DNA of 64,000 bases, from contig JAGXIU010000003.1 in NCBI GenBank assembly GCA_024635455.1, positions 354,446-418,445 on the forward strand, in the 5' to 3' direction. The notes under the pieces were generated by a model, which searched no databases, was not told the DNA's origin, and saw only the letters and a program-made list of their open reading frames with translations. The translations under genes and the position numbers were made by a program. The stretch comes from Candidatus Saccharimonadota bacterium. GTDB lineage: Bacteria; Patescibacteriota; Saccharimonadia; Saccharimonadales; SLHW01. This document shows, in pieces, positions 1-9,738 of the stretch (position 1 is the first letter of the stretch; the number at the start of each line of letters is the position of its first letter).

Positions 1-92
1 AGTTGATCTTTTAATGATGATTTAAAATGTTGGTCAATATCGTGGGCTGAGTCGCGTAATTTCTCTCGAATATCTCGGGGTACTTTGTTCAT
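1..92 (-). CDS. hypothetical protein, 5' fragment running off the window (possible anti-sigma factor by position only)
   Basis: ATG at 92-90 overlaps the TGA of the upstream sigma gene (ATGA coupling). Translates MNKVPRDIREKLRDSAHDIDQHF... Confidence 0.3.
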   Translation of the reverse strand, partial: MNKVPRDIREKLRDSAHDIDQHFKSSLKDQ

Positions 93-595
93 GATGTTAC
101 CTCTAAATACGGGTTTTTCAATAACTCACGTAGCCGTCTCAAACCTCTATGATGAGTGGTTTTTACGTAGTTTTTATCACGCCCAAGCTGGCTTGCTACT
201 TCTTTAACTGACATATTGTTTATGAGTCTCATTGTTATGACTTGCCTCTGCTTTTCAGGTAACTTATTAACGTACTCCGCTAATCTTTCTTGTACTCCAT
301 TTGATTTTTCGTATGATGCGACAATGGTGTCAGTGTAGCTACTGAAGTCTTCTATGTTTTCTAATTCAGTAATAGCTGAGCTGTATTTATCTCGTAAAAA
401 TGTTATCCATTTCACTCTCATGATTCCATATAGGTACGTTTTGTGATTTTCTACTTCTACTGATTGCACCTTTTCCATGAACGAGACGAACGTTTGTGAC
501 GTAAGATCTTCTGCTGTCATTTTGTCTAAGCTCTTTATATAAAAGAACTTGTAGACTTTGTCAGCGTATTCGTCATAAAACGATTCTAGGTTCAT
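89..595 (-). CDS. RNA polymerase sigma-70 family (ECF-type) sigma factor
   Basis: Region 2-like YKFFYIK...DLTSQTF and region 4 HTH MSVKEVASQLGRDKNYVKTTHHRGLRRLRELL. Start moved to MNLESFY (595), which has TATAAT 6 nt upstream; the ORF itself extends to 664. Confidence 0.75.
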   Translation of the reverse strand: MNLESFYDEYADKVYKFFYIKSLDKMTAEDLTSQTFVSFMEKVQSVEVENHKTYLYGIMRVKWITFLRDKYSSAITELENIEDFSSYTDTIVASYEKSNGVQERLAEYVNKLPEKQRQVITMRLINNMSVKEVASQLGRDKNYVKTTHHRGLRRLRELLKNPYLEVTS

Positions 596-796
596 GTTTG
601 GATTATACCCCCCCTTTCTACTATCCAAGTATAAAACGGTGTACATAATATGTATATAAACCATAAATAATTATGTGGATTTGTGGCCTTATTATGTATT
701 TACACGGTTATCATGAGGCCTAGTGGTGTAAATCTAGCCACTAACCAGCTTAATCAACGAAAATATACGCCAAAACGCTGGACACTATAGAACAAC

Positions 797-2395
797 TCAG
801 GTTCTTGCTATATCTCTATTACGGTAGCCGACATAACCTGCTGTGATCAGACATAAAGAAATACTAAGCAGGACGACAGTGCCGAGTAGGCTTGTGTTCG
901 AAGCGCTTGCGTCTGCAACATGCCAAAAAGGTGAAACAGCCAGAATCTTATCATCCATCTGGAGGATTGGGCCGAGTATTGTGAGTCCGAAGCTCACAGC
1001 TATGCCTACCCAGGCGATGCCACGTAAACTTGGGCGCATTCCTGCCGATGCAATACCAATACCCACAAGCACAAGCATCGCAGGTATGGTTAGAAGGGCC
1101 TGTAGAATAACCTCGACAGACTCTATGTTTGTATTGTTAATGTGAGTAATGGCTGCTATCAATACCCCAACAATTGTCAGGGACGAAAATGTCCCCGCCA
1201 ATGCAATGATTACGTGAGATGAAAATAGTCTTCTCCGTGTTACGGCACCAGAAAGTAGTGGCTCTATGCGATGCGAGTTCTCTTCGTTTAATAGCCTGAA
1301 GATGACCTGCGTTCCATACGCTGCCACAATGATCCCGATAATAGTTAGTAATGTTTTAGCGAATTCGAAAGCGAAGTTAATATTAGATGCACCCTCTGCA
1401 CCGATGAATTTTGAGAGACCTTCATTTGCACCAAACGTATCGCCAACTGACGTCAAGAGATAGCCAAATGTCGCTCCAATGAAAACAAATGCTAATGTCC
1501 AACCAATTATCGTTGATCGTTGTAGCCGAAAAGCGAGACCCTGAATGGTACCGTCTCTTCCGGCGCGCGCATGACCGGGTGTATCAGCGATGAGCCCCTG
1601 ACCAAAATCCCGCCTTGATCTCATTAAATAAGCGACAGTCATGATGATTAGCCCGATAATAAGTAGTACGAACAAGGGCGCATAGGTGTTCGTAGTGGAA
1701 ACTTCCGTTTTTTGCGCCCAGCCAAGAGGTGACAGTACTGCCATCCAGCTTGCGCCATCAACTGTATCGGCTACACCTCGCAAGAGATACGTGAAACCCA
1801 AGAACGTTACTGCAAAACTAGTTGCAGCTCTGCTATGTGATGCAAGTTGAGAGCACAGGGCGGCGACGGTTGCAAAAACCATTCCAGAAGTTGCTAGTGT
1901 CGCACCGAGAGCTACGCTTGAGTCAACACCTGCACCAGTGGCGATAAGAGATGCAGCGACCGTTACTCCAGCAATAATTGAAGCGCTAAATGCAGCTGCG
2001 ATAGCAACTGTAATGATGGCGTATCTACCGACAACGCTTGATGCTATCAGCTCTTCTTCGCCTGAATCTTCTTTTGCCCTACTCTGCTTGGTTACAATCA
2101 AAATCGACATCATGCTCACTAAAAAACTGCCCAGGACAACCGTCCTCCAAGCTGTAAAGCCCTCGGCGGTAAGTAGATTATCAGCATTTCCAAACACCAG
2201 ACTAAAGGCTGGATTAGCTTGCACCGCCATTGCTAAATTACGTTGATCTTCTGGCGTGGGAAATATATTTGCATAGGCGACCTGAGACGAAACCGCCAGC
2301 AGGACAACTCCTATTATCCATGGAAGAGCTGCTTTAAAGCTTAAGCGTAGCGCAACCTTGTATAAGACCAGTGTGCCTTCGAACTTATTCTTCAT
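797..2395 (-). CDS. ABC transporter permease (ABC-2-like, multi-pass membrane)
   Basis: 532 aa, about 12 hydrophobic segments, 2 nt downstream of the ATPase gene. Confidence 0.6.
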   Translation of the reverse strand: MKNKFEGTLVLYKVALRLSFKAALPWIIGVVLLAVSSQVAYANIFPTPEDQRNLAMAVQANPAFSLVFGNADNLLTAEGFTAWRTVVLGSFLVSMMSILIVTKQSRAKEDSGEEELIASSVVGRYAIITVAIAAAFSASIIAGVTVAASLIATGAGVDSSVALGATLATSGMVFATVAALCSQLASHSRAATSFAVTFLGFTYLLRGVADTVDGASWMAVLSPLGWAQKTEVSTTNTYAPLFVLLIIGLIIMTVAYLMRSRRDFGQGLIADTPGHARAGRDGTIQGLAFRLQRSTIIGWTLAFVFIGATFGYLLTSVGDTFGANEGLSKFIGAEGASNINFAFEFAKTLLTIIGIIVAAYGTQVIFRLLNEENSHRIEPLLSGAVTRRRLFSSHVIIALAGTFSSLTIVGVLIAAITHINNTNIESVEVILQALLTIPAMLVLVGIGIASAGMRPSLRGIAWVGIAVSFGLTILGPILQMDDKILAVSPFWHVADASASNTSLLGTVVLLSISLCLITAGYVGYRNRDIART

Positions 2396-2397
2396 AG

Positions 2398-3297
2398 CTA
2401 TTGCTCAATCGGGTTCTCGTATTTCTTCTTGAATAGTTCTTCGAGGGAAGGTGGCTCTGTCACTAAACTCTTGATGCCATTGTTAGCGAGGATTTTCATG
2501 AAATTCTCTAATTCATTTGTTTCAATGCTGCAACTTAAATGATTGCCGTCGATCACGAGATTCTTCACGCCTGCCGCTTGCTTGATATCTGGTGGAATGG
2601 CTCTAAGTTCTGCGCTGACCTTGCTGTATGATTGTTGACGCATGTCGGAAAGCGAGCCTGTCTCGATTATTGTTCCGTCTCTGATGATACTGATGTGGTC
2701 AGCCAAAGCCTCTACCTCGCTCATGATATGGCTCGATAATAAGACTGTTTTGCCAGCCTTCTTTTCTTTCAGTATTTCTTGCTGGAATACCGCCTCCATT
2801 AGCGGGTCAAGCCCAGATGTTGGCTCGTCGAGTATGTACAGATCTACATTGGAGCAAAGGGCGGCGATTATAGCCACTTTTTGCCTGTTGCCCTTTGAAT
2901 AGGTGCGACTTTTCTTAGTCGGATCAAGCTCAAAGCTTTTGATTAGTTGTTCCCTACGCTCTTCGTCAAAGTTGCCTCGTAGTTTTGCGAGAATATCGAT
3001 TGCCTCACCACCCGTAAGATCTGGCCATAGACTTACATCTCCTGGTACATATGCTAAATTTTTGTGTAGTTGAGCAACTTGTTTCCACGGATTTCCGCCG
3101 AGTAGATTTATGGCTCCAGAGTCTGCCTTAAGTAACCCGAGCAGAACTCTGATTGTTGTAGATTTACCTGAGCCATTCGGACCGAGGAATCCGTGCACCT
3201 CGCCTTTTTTCACTGACAGTGAAAGGTTTGATAATGCTTTAAATTTACCGAATGATTTGTTGAGATTTTGTATTTCAATTACGTTTTCAGTCATCAT
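2398..3297 (-). CDS. ABC transporter ATP-binding protein
   Basis: Walker A GPNGSGKST, signature-like YSKGNRQK, Walker B LYILDEPTSGLD. Confidence 0.9.
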   Translation of the reverse strand: MMTENVIEIQNLNKSFGKFKALSNLSLSVKKGEVHGFLGPNGSGKSTTIRVLLGLLKADSGAINLLGGNPWKQVAQLHKNLAYVPGDVSLWPDLTGGEAIDILAKLRGNFDEERREQLIKSFELDPTKKSRTYSKGNRQKVAIIAALCSNVDLYILDEPTSGLDPLMEAVFQQEILKEKKAGKTVLLSSHIMSEVEALADHISIIRDGTIIETGSLSDMRQQSYSKVSAELRAIPPDIKQAAGVKNLVIDGNHLSCSIETNELENFMKILANNGIKSLVTEPPSLEELFKKKYENPIEQ

Positions 3298-3463
3298 TGT
3301 TTATCCATAAGAACAATTTTACTACTAAATAGCGGCATCGTGAAACACTCCAATAGCTTCGAGATAGTTTCCTCAAGCAAGCTAAGCGAATTATATAGCT
3401 CCAAAAAACGACAATCCGTGCATATAATCACAAAGGTAATTATACATTTGTTAAGCTAGTAAG

Positions 3464-4000
3464 ATGACTATATACCTCGCTCGCCATACCCAATCAGAAT
3501 ATAACGTAAGGGGTCTACTCAATAGTGACCCGAATATCCTTGTTCACTTAACAGAAGAAGGTATCCGTCAGGCGGAAAAACTCGCAGAATCATTACGCGA
3601 TAAGCCATTCGAGGTCATCTATACTTCTGAGTTACCTCGTACTCAACAGACTGCAGAAGTAATAAATAAGCACCTGAATAAACCTGTCATAGTTGAGCCA
3701 CTTATCAATGAAAACAAAATGGGATTTGAGGGTATGTCATTAGACGATTGGTTTGGCGCGTTAAAGGCGAGCGATGATGGCTGGCACAAACGATATAATG
3801 GCGGAGAAAGCATGGCTGATGCACTTGAGCGTACAAAACTATTTGTAAAAAAACTGAAAGACTCTGGGCACACATCAGTCTTGGTAGTTACCCACGGCTT
3901 CCACGTCGAGGCGCTTGTAGGATTATCGCAACATAAAGATGGTCCAGATGTAATGGGCCAGCTCGTCCCACAAGGGTCTTACGCCACACTGACGTTTTAA
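3464..4000 (+). CDS. histidine phosphatase family protein (phosphoglycerate mutase-like)
   Basis: N-terminal RHTQSEYN (RHG-type motif) and C-terminal VVTHG motif. Confidence 0.8.
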   Translation: MTIYLARHTQSEYNVRGLLNSDPNILVHLTEEGIRQAEKLAESLRDKPFEVIYTSELPRTQQTAEVINKHLNKPVIVEPLINENKMGFEGMSLDDWFGALKASDDGWHKRYNGGESMADALERTKLFVKKLKDSGHTSVLVVTHGFHVEALVGLSQHKDGPDVMGQLVPQGSYATLTF

Positions 4001-4127
4001 GGCGTAGCTTATAGCTTAGCTTCTGACGCTAGCAGACCACTTGGCTCACCATTCCGCCCTTACACTCCTCACCCGGATAATAAATGTCACTACCCAATAT
4101 CTTACGAACTCATGTAGAATAGTCATT

Positions 4128-4847
4128 ATGCCAAAAACTAAAAACGCTTTTTATTGCTTTTCGCCTGCGGTCATGATGGGTACGTTCTTGATAGAAATTG
4201 CCCTGTTTGCCTATGTCCTGCTACGTTATAAATTCACGCGCAATATACGCCTCATCGCGAGTCTTTTGCTCTTCCTTGGCCTGTTTCAGCTAGCTGAATA
4301 TGGCGTCTGTGCCGGATTATTTACATTAAGTGGAGAAGCATGGTCACGTATTGGGTTTGTGTCTATCTCAATGTTACCAGTGCTCGGGCTACACCTCAGC
4401 TTATCGATTGCAAATAGGCCGAAGCACTGGCTGATCGGCCCTGCTTACATATCGTTATTGATGTTTATCGGTTGGTTTATGTTGGCGCCTGATGCATTTA
4501 GTGGATATGCCTGCCAGGGGAATTACGTCATATTTCAATTGAACGCTACCGCAGGAATTATCTACTCGCTTTACTACTACATATGGCTGCTTGTTGGCCT
4601 CGGTGTATCATTATTCTACGCTGGATTATTGTGTGGAAAAAGGAAGCCGCAAGACGCAAAAGCACTCACCCTCCAGGTCGTCGGTTACCTGAGTTTCATG
4701 ATACCAACCGCTATGATAACTACCGTTTTCCCAGATGCTGTGCCTGGTGTACCAAGTATTATGTGTGGTTTCGCGCTCATTTATGCGCTGATACTTGCTT
4801 TTGGCATATCGCCAAAAGTTGGCACGAAGAAACCTCAAAAGAATTAG
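4128..4847 (+). CDS. multi-pass membrane protein (about 7 TM, resembles N-terminal sensor modules of histidine kinases but has no kinase domain)
   Basis: Hydrophobicity pattern only. Start moved from the TTG at 4041 to MPKTKNAF. Confidence 0.45.
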   Translation: MPKTKNAFYCFSPAVMMGTFLIEIALFAYVLLRYKFTRNIRLIASLLLFLGLFQLAEYGVCAGLFTLSGEAWSRIGFVSISMLPVLGLHLSLSIANRPKHWLIGPAYISLLMFIGWFMLAPDAFSGYACQGNYVIFQLNATAGIIYSLYYYIWLLVGLGVSLFYAGLLCGKRKPQDAKALTLQVVGYLSFMIPTAMITTVFPDAVPGVPSIMCGFALIYALILAFGISPKVGTKKPQKN

Positions 4848-4862
4848 CAGTATATTACTGAG

Positions 4863-5288
4863 CTAGTCTGAGGTTATTGAGCTATTATTTGTCTCTTTGT
4901 CTTCTGGGTGCAATATATCTTTGACGATATTATCAATCTGATCGTTCTGTAAGTTAGCCTTAACGGCGTATCCTTCTATACCAAGGTCACGTAATCCAGC
5001 TGGGGCGTCAGCTTCGTTTAGATTAGAAATAACAAAGACTGGAATATTTTCTCCCCAGCTACTTTTCCGCATGGTAGCAAGGACTTGATCACCAGAGATA
5101 TCCGGAATCATTAAGTCGAGCAATACAAGATCCGGTAGTTCTTTTTGAATAAAATACAGTGCAATGATGCCGTTGTAAGCCACGTAGCAGGTATAGCCAA
5201 GTAGTTCGAGTCGAGTTTTGTAAATTTCAGCTAGACTAGCGTTGTCTTCAACGATGATTATCTTTTTCGAGCTAGCTGTATCTTCCAT
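4863..5288 (-). CDS. single-domain response regulator (REC/CheY-like)
   Basis: KIIIVEDN...DLVLLDLMIPDISG...VFVISN...KA receiver motifs. Start moved to MEDTASS. Close paralog of 6164-6580. Confidence 0.8.
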   Translation of the reverse strand: MEDTASSKKIIIVEDNASLAEIYKTRLELLGYTCYVAYNGIIALYFIQKELPDLVLLDLMIPDISGDQVLATMRKSSWGENIPVFVISNLNEADAPAGLRDLGIEGYAVKANLQNDQIDNIVKDILHPEDKETNNSSITSD

Positions 5289-5372
5289 TAAGCATAATAA
5301 TAAACTATTATCCCAGATTATACCAATTGGGCGATAATCACGGCCGCTAAGAAAGTTTGCTACACTACGCAA

Positions 5373-6155
5373 GTGATAATTCTGCTCTCTTCGTCAAAGA
5401 CTATGCGTACGCCAAGTGTACCTACTCACGACGGTGTTACGAACCCGCTACTTATTAAACAGGCGAATGAGCTCATAGGACAGCTAAAAGCACTCTCAGA
5501 AACAGATATTAAAAATATCATGAAAGTATCTGATACGTTAGCTCACCAAACGCATGAGCTCATTAGCCGCTGGAGTGATAGCCCAAAAGATACTATTCCA
5601 GCAGCAGATAGTTTCTTGGGTGATATTTATAGTGGGCTACGTTACCGAGGGTTATCTAATAAAGCAAAGAAACGAGCAGACGAGCGTTTACGTATTTTGT
5701 CTGGATTGTACGGCGTACTGCGACCACAGGACGGAATATACCCATACCGGTTAGAAATGGGTTATCGATTACCGACTACGAGTTATAGAAACCTATATAA
5801 ATTCTGGGGCAGCACGATAGCTAAAACGCTTCCGACAGATCAGGTAGTAGTAAATCTTGCTCCACAAGAATACAGCAAAGCAGTACTACCACACCTAAGT
5901 AAAAATATCGATGTTGTATCACCGAAATTTTTAACACATAATCAGAAAACCAATAAACCAACATTTGTGGCAATCCATACGAAAATTGCTCGAGGTGCTT
6001 TTGCGCGATGGCTTCTTGAGTTAGACGTACAACAAACACAAAAACTCGAGCAATTTGATCAATTAGGCTACATTTATAGCCCCAGTTTAAGCAATAAAAA
6101 TCAACCAGTATTTACCTGTCAAAACTTTCAAGGCCTCGGCCTCAGCATCAAGTAG
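5373..6155 (+). CDS. yaaA: YaaA family peroxide-stress protein (UPF0246/DUF328)
   Basis: N-terminal IILLSSSKTM and the LSGLYGVLRP motif typical of YaaA. GTG start with TGcTACACT 6 nt upstream. Confidence 0.8.
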   Translation: MIILLSSSKTMRTPSVPTHDGVTNPLLIKQANELIGQLKALSETDIKNIMKVSDTLAHQTHELISRWSDSPKDTIPAADSFLGDIYSGLRYRGLSNKAKKRADERLRILSGLYGVLRPQDGIYPYRLEMGYRLPTTSYRNLYKFWGSTIAKTLPTDQVVVNLAPQEYSKAVLPHLSKNIDVVSPKFLTHNQKTNKPTFVAIHTKIARGAFARWLLELDVQQTQKLEQFDQLGYIYSPSLSNKNQPVFTCQNFQGLGLSIK

Positions 6156-6163
6156 GAGCTTAT

Positions 6164-6580
6164 CTATTCGAGTGCGACGCCTTCGTCTTGACCAGGAGGG
6201 GTCAGGATTTTATCGACCAGGTTGTCGATATCGTCATTGCTCAAGTTCGCCTTTACGGCGTAGCCTTCGATGCCGTAATCGCGCAGGCCAGCTGGTGCAT
6301 CAGCTTCATTAAGATTGGAGATAACAAATACACGAATGTCTTTACCCCATTCACTCGCACGCATCCGCTCCAGTATTTGGTCACCTGCAACTTTTGGCAT
6401 CATCATATCAAGAAGCACTAGGTCAGGTTTTTCGCGTTCTATAACCGCGAGCGCCTCTTCCCCGTCATAGGCGTTAAAGCATTTATATCCGACGATCTCT
6501 AACCGAGTTTTATAAATCTCCGCTAAGCTAGCATTGTCTTCTGCTATTACGATTTTTTGTTGAACTGTCTCATAATCCAT
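6164..6580 (-). CDS. single-domain response regulator (REC/CheY-like)
   Basis: KIVIAEDN...DLVLLDMMMPKVAG...VFVISN...KA. No output domain. Confidence 0.85.
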   Translation of the reverse strand: MDYETVQQKIVIAEDNASLAEIYKTRLEIVGYKCFNAYDGEEALAVIEREKPDLVLLDMMMPKVAGDQILERMRASEWGKDIRVFVISNLNEADAPAGLRDYGIEGYAVKANLSNDDIDNLVDKILTPPGQDEGVALE

Positions 6581-6765
6581 ATAAAATAATATAACGCAAA
6601 CGCGTTCGAAATACCATAATGAACTCCCGCGTCCGAGGTATTGGCACCTGATTAGCTAAGCTTCATGCTCGATTGACGAACGGCACCATAACGGGACGGA
6701 AAGCTGTAGTACCTAGACCTAGTGTGTTTTAATGGTAGAAGAAAGCATAACCAACACATATAAAC

Positions 6766-7971
6766 ATGCAAGAATTTTTTCCAATTTTTATTATCATGCT
6801 CGTCGCAGTTGTCTTCTCGCAACTTTTTATGCGTATGAAGGTCCCCTGGGTGGTCGCCCTTATATTTGGTGGTATCATCGTTGGCCCAAACGGAATCGAC
6901 TGGTTCCATACTGACAATACCATCAATTTTTTTGCAGAGATCGGACTGGTCATGTTGATGTTTATGGCCGGCGTCGAGTCAAAATTATCCGATATGCAAG
7001 GATTGAAGAAACGTATCGCTATTGTAGCCCTACTAATTGGGGTCATCCCAACTATGGTCGGCATAGCAGTCACCACGGCACTTGGCTATGACTGGACAAC
7101 CTCTTTATTGATGGGGATTGTCTTTATGTCCTCGGCAATTGCCCTGCTGATTCCATCATTTGAGCAACACAACATTATTAATTCTGATATCGGGAAAGTG
7201 GTGATTGCTGCCGCCATTATCATAGATGCAATCAGCTTGATTCTATTGTCAGTATTCTTACAGTTCGTAAACGGGACACCGACAGTTGGTAGCATCCTCA
7301 TATACCCTGCAGCCTTGGCATTGCTCGGAGTATTTGCATGGATTATTCCGAAAATCCGTTGGATTGCTTTGTCCGACATTAAAAAAACTGGTGACATATT
7401 TGAGAAAGAGCTACGCTTCACGCTACTTACCTTGATTAGCCTGGTAGTATTCTTTGAGTTTGTTGGATTACACGCAATCATTGCTGGCTTTTTTGCTGGT
7501 ATGATTTTATCCAAGTCGATGGAAAGCACGCTTCTGCATGCAAAGCTCCACGCAATTAGTTATGGCTTCTTTATACCGGTGTTTTTTGTTGTCGTTGGCT
7601 CTAATACGGACTTGTCTGTCTTTACTGAAGGGCTACGGCCGCTACTCGTTACGTTTGCCATTGTCTCAAGTTTTGTGATATCTAAGTTTGTTACTGGCTG
7701 GGTGGGTGGCCGTTTGACAGGTTTTGATTCCCGCTCAAGTGCATTTATTGGCGCTTCTGTTATACCTCAGCTATCGACTGCTTTGGTTGTCGCCTTTCTT
7801 GGTTTCGGTGAGGGTCTACTTACTCAAGAATTATTATCTGCCATTATTGGACTAACTATTGTGACGAGTATACTTAGTCCAATTTTGGTAAATATTATCG
7901 GGCGCAAAATTGTTACACAAAAACCAAAGCCATCTATACCTGTCGAAGAGCCCTCAACTGCAGCAAACTAA
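6766..7971 (+). CDS. cation:proton antiporter (CPA2/Kef-type Na+/H+ exchanger family)
   Basis: 401 aa, about 11-12 TM, GIIVGPNGI and FFAEIGLVMLMFMAG motifs typical of the Na_H_Exchanger family. Confidence 0.8.
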   Translation: MQEFFPIFIIMLVAVVFSQLFMRMKVPWVVALIFGGIIVGPNGIDWFHTDNTINFFAEIGLVMLMFMAGVESKLSDMQGLKKRIAIVALLIGVIPTMVGIAVTTALGYDWTTSLLMGIVFMSSAIALLIPSFEQHNIINSDIGKVVIAAAIIIDAISLILLSVFLQFVNGTPTVGSILIYPAALALLGVFAWIIPKIRWIALSDIKKTGDIFEKELRFTLLTLISLVVFFEFVGLHAIIAGFFAGMILSKSMESTLLHAKLHAISYGFFIPVFFVVVGSNTDLSVFTEGLRPLLVTFAIVSSFVISKFVTGWVGGRLTGFDSRSSAFIGASVIPQLSTALVVAFLGFGEGLLTQELLSAIIGLTIVTSILSPILVNIIGRKIVTQKPKPSIPVEEPSTAAN

Positions 7972-7975
7972 GAAT

Positions 7976-8458
7976 CTAGGACTTCTGCGGGTTAAACCGG
8001 CGATAGCCTAAATACAGCGCAATCACGACAGCGACTGTTAATGTCACAAAACTGTAGGTCGGATCTTCGGCTGCAAAGCTTCTACCGATGCTATATATCA
8101 ACAAAAACAAGCCGCCTAATAAAATACCGTCGGACAATACTTTTATATGCAGGCCAACTGTTAGGCTAAAAACAAGAAAGCCAACTGCTATCAGTAACGA
8201 GGCAATAGAAACATTGCGGTGATACACTTGCATTTCTGATTGGTACGCATCGTACTCTACTTGATATTCCAATTCTTGCTTTGTGCCCTCGGCTTGATCT
8301 GATTCGTCCAACTGCCGTTCGGGTACAAGTCCTAGTTCAGGATATGCCGGTGATTCTGGTGGTGTATAAAAAGTGCGTATACCAAAACCTACAAACACTG
8401 CAAGTAGGAGGCCAAGGAACAGTGTATACACAATAGTGATTGCTTTATTGTCTTCCAT
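7976..8458 (-). CDS. hypothetical membrane protein
   Basis: ORF with 4 hydrophobic segments; no recognised motif. Confidence 0.45.
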   Translation of the reverse strand: MEDNKAITIVYTLFLGLLLAVFVGFGIRTFYTPPESPAYPELGLVPERQLDESDQAEGTKQELEYQVEYDAYQSEMQVYHRNVSIASLLIAVGFLVFSLTVGLHIKVLSDGILLGGLFLLIYSIGRSFAAEDPTYSFVTLTVAVVIALYLGYRRFNPQKS

Positions 8459-8522
8459 AGAAACAATTGTAGCGTTTTCTCGCTAGAAATACGAATACAG
8501 CTTTTTTTCTATAATCGATACC

Positions 8523-8566
8523 AAAAAACCATAAATAAACCCGACACACGGTCGTATGTCGGGTTT
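8523..8566 (-). terminator. rho-independent terminator downstream of 8593-8976
   Basis: Hairpin AAACCCGACA...TGTCGGGTTT followed by a T-rich run on the minus strand. Confidence 0.5.
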
Positions 8567-8592
8567 AGCGCCCTGAAAAATATCGTTTTTGT

Positions 8593-8976
8593 TTATTCCT
8601 TAGAATCAGTCTGTTTAATCTGCCACTTCGTATTGCGGCCCGTTTTGTTGGTGCGCTCTACTTTATTCTCGTCTTCAAACTCGTTTAAGTAACGGAGTAT
8701 GGTGCGATTAGATATTTCAAAATGATCAGCAAAATGAGATGACGGTAAGGGGCCTGAACTCTCCAACATATCAATGATCGATAACTTTCTCGTCGCTTTA
8801 ATCTGTTGAAGTTGCTGATTAAAATCTTGGAAGCCCGAGGCAAGTTGCTCCTCTGCATCTATTTCTTTTGCCTGCAGCTCTATTTCATAACGTAGCCAAC
8901 GGATTTCTTTCTGCAGAAAAAACCAAGCTAGACCTGACCCGAACAACACGCCAACTACAAACCACCACTCGTTCAT
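8593..8976 (-). CDS. membrane-anchored HTH (DeoR/HTH_11-like) protein
   Basis: N-terminal TM helix, coiled region, then C-terminal IIDMLESSGPLPSSHFADHFEISNRTILRYLNEF winged-helix-like segment. Confidence 0.5.
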   Translation of the reverse strand: MNEWWFVVGVLFGSGLAWFFLQKEIRWLRYEIELQAKEIDAEEQLASGFQDFNQQLQQIKATRKLSIIDMLESSGPLPSSHFADHFEISNRTILRYLNEFEDENKVERTNKTGRNTKWQIKQTDSKE

Positions 8977-9042
8977 AACTTACCCTCCAAGTTCAAAATG
9001 TACTTACTATATGTAGTATAGCAAAGCGAATCCAGCTGGGAG

Positions 9043-9642
9043 TTAACGGTTAACTCCTGCCCAGCGCAAAACTGCGTTAGAGGCACTGCGCACCATCGAA
9101 CGAAATGGATAGCCGCGCGCTTCATCGACCCCATACGGTTGAACAATTATGCTGCGAATACCTGCCATGCCATAAGCAATCGCATCAGTTATACCATCAC
9201 CGACAGCTACGGATTGTTGTGGTAATTTAGCGTGATCGTACATTGCTTGTAATATCATATACGGCCTTGGTTTTATCTCGCTGTATTTCCTTGGCATATA
9301 GAGTGTATCGGGTGGCACGAGCATATTTCTAGCACGAGCTCTCATCAAGCTTTCATTTCGATTATTAGAAATAAGAACAAGGCTTGAGATAAGGCCTCGA
9401 GAAAATTCATCAAATATAGCTTGATTCGCAAGAGGATCTATTTCTGGATCATCATGGCGCGCGATAGTGCCATCACAATCCAGAACTAACATGGCATTCT
9501 TTTTACTTTCTAAGATTGACTCAAATGGAATATCTTCTATAGAGGAGCTAAAACTAACCGAGCGGCCAAAAACGTGTAGGGTCTCAAGGGAAGCTACTGG
9601 CGGTCTACGGGATGATACTAGAGATGATTGTTGGCTTTTCAT
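9043..9642 (-). CDS. HAD-superfamily phosphatase (YqeG/HAD-IIIA-like)
   Basis: Motif I LVLDCDGTI, motif II LVLISNN, motif IV VGDGITD. Confidence 0.7.
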   Translation of the reverse strand: MKSQQSSLVSSRRPPVASLETLHVFGRSVSFSSSIEDIPFESILESKKNAMLVLDCDGTIARHDDPEIDPLANQAIFDEFSRGLISSLVLISNNRNESLMRARARNMLVPPDTLYMPRKYSEIKPRPYMILQAMYDHAKLPQQSVAVGDGITDAIAYGMAGIRSIIVQPYGVDEARGYPFRSMVRSASNAVLRWAGVNR

Positions 9643-9738
9643 GAGGTACTGGCATTATAGTATATCTTCTGGATTAATTACTGAAACGAGCATACATTAA
9701 CGATACTGGACAGAGGCCGTGCGTGCTATGATAGCCGT

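Noticed and set aside
843-2246. Antisense ORFs inside the ABC permease gene, and similar antisense ORFs inside leuS, ligA, LTD, purA, comEC and others
   Set aside because: They are shorter than, and fully nested opposite to, ORFs with clear family motifs. They have no start context or motifs and are typical shadow ORFs.
6581-6765. The 185-nt leader upstream of the cation:proton antiporter as a possible riboswitch (Na+/Li+ nhaA-I, c-di-AMP or Mn2+ classes)
   Set aside because: I could not recognise any of those consensus cores or a convincing terminator/antiterminator pair by eye. It needs an Rfam scan before any claim.
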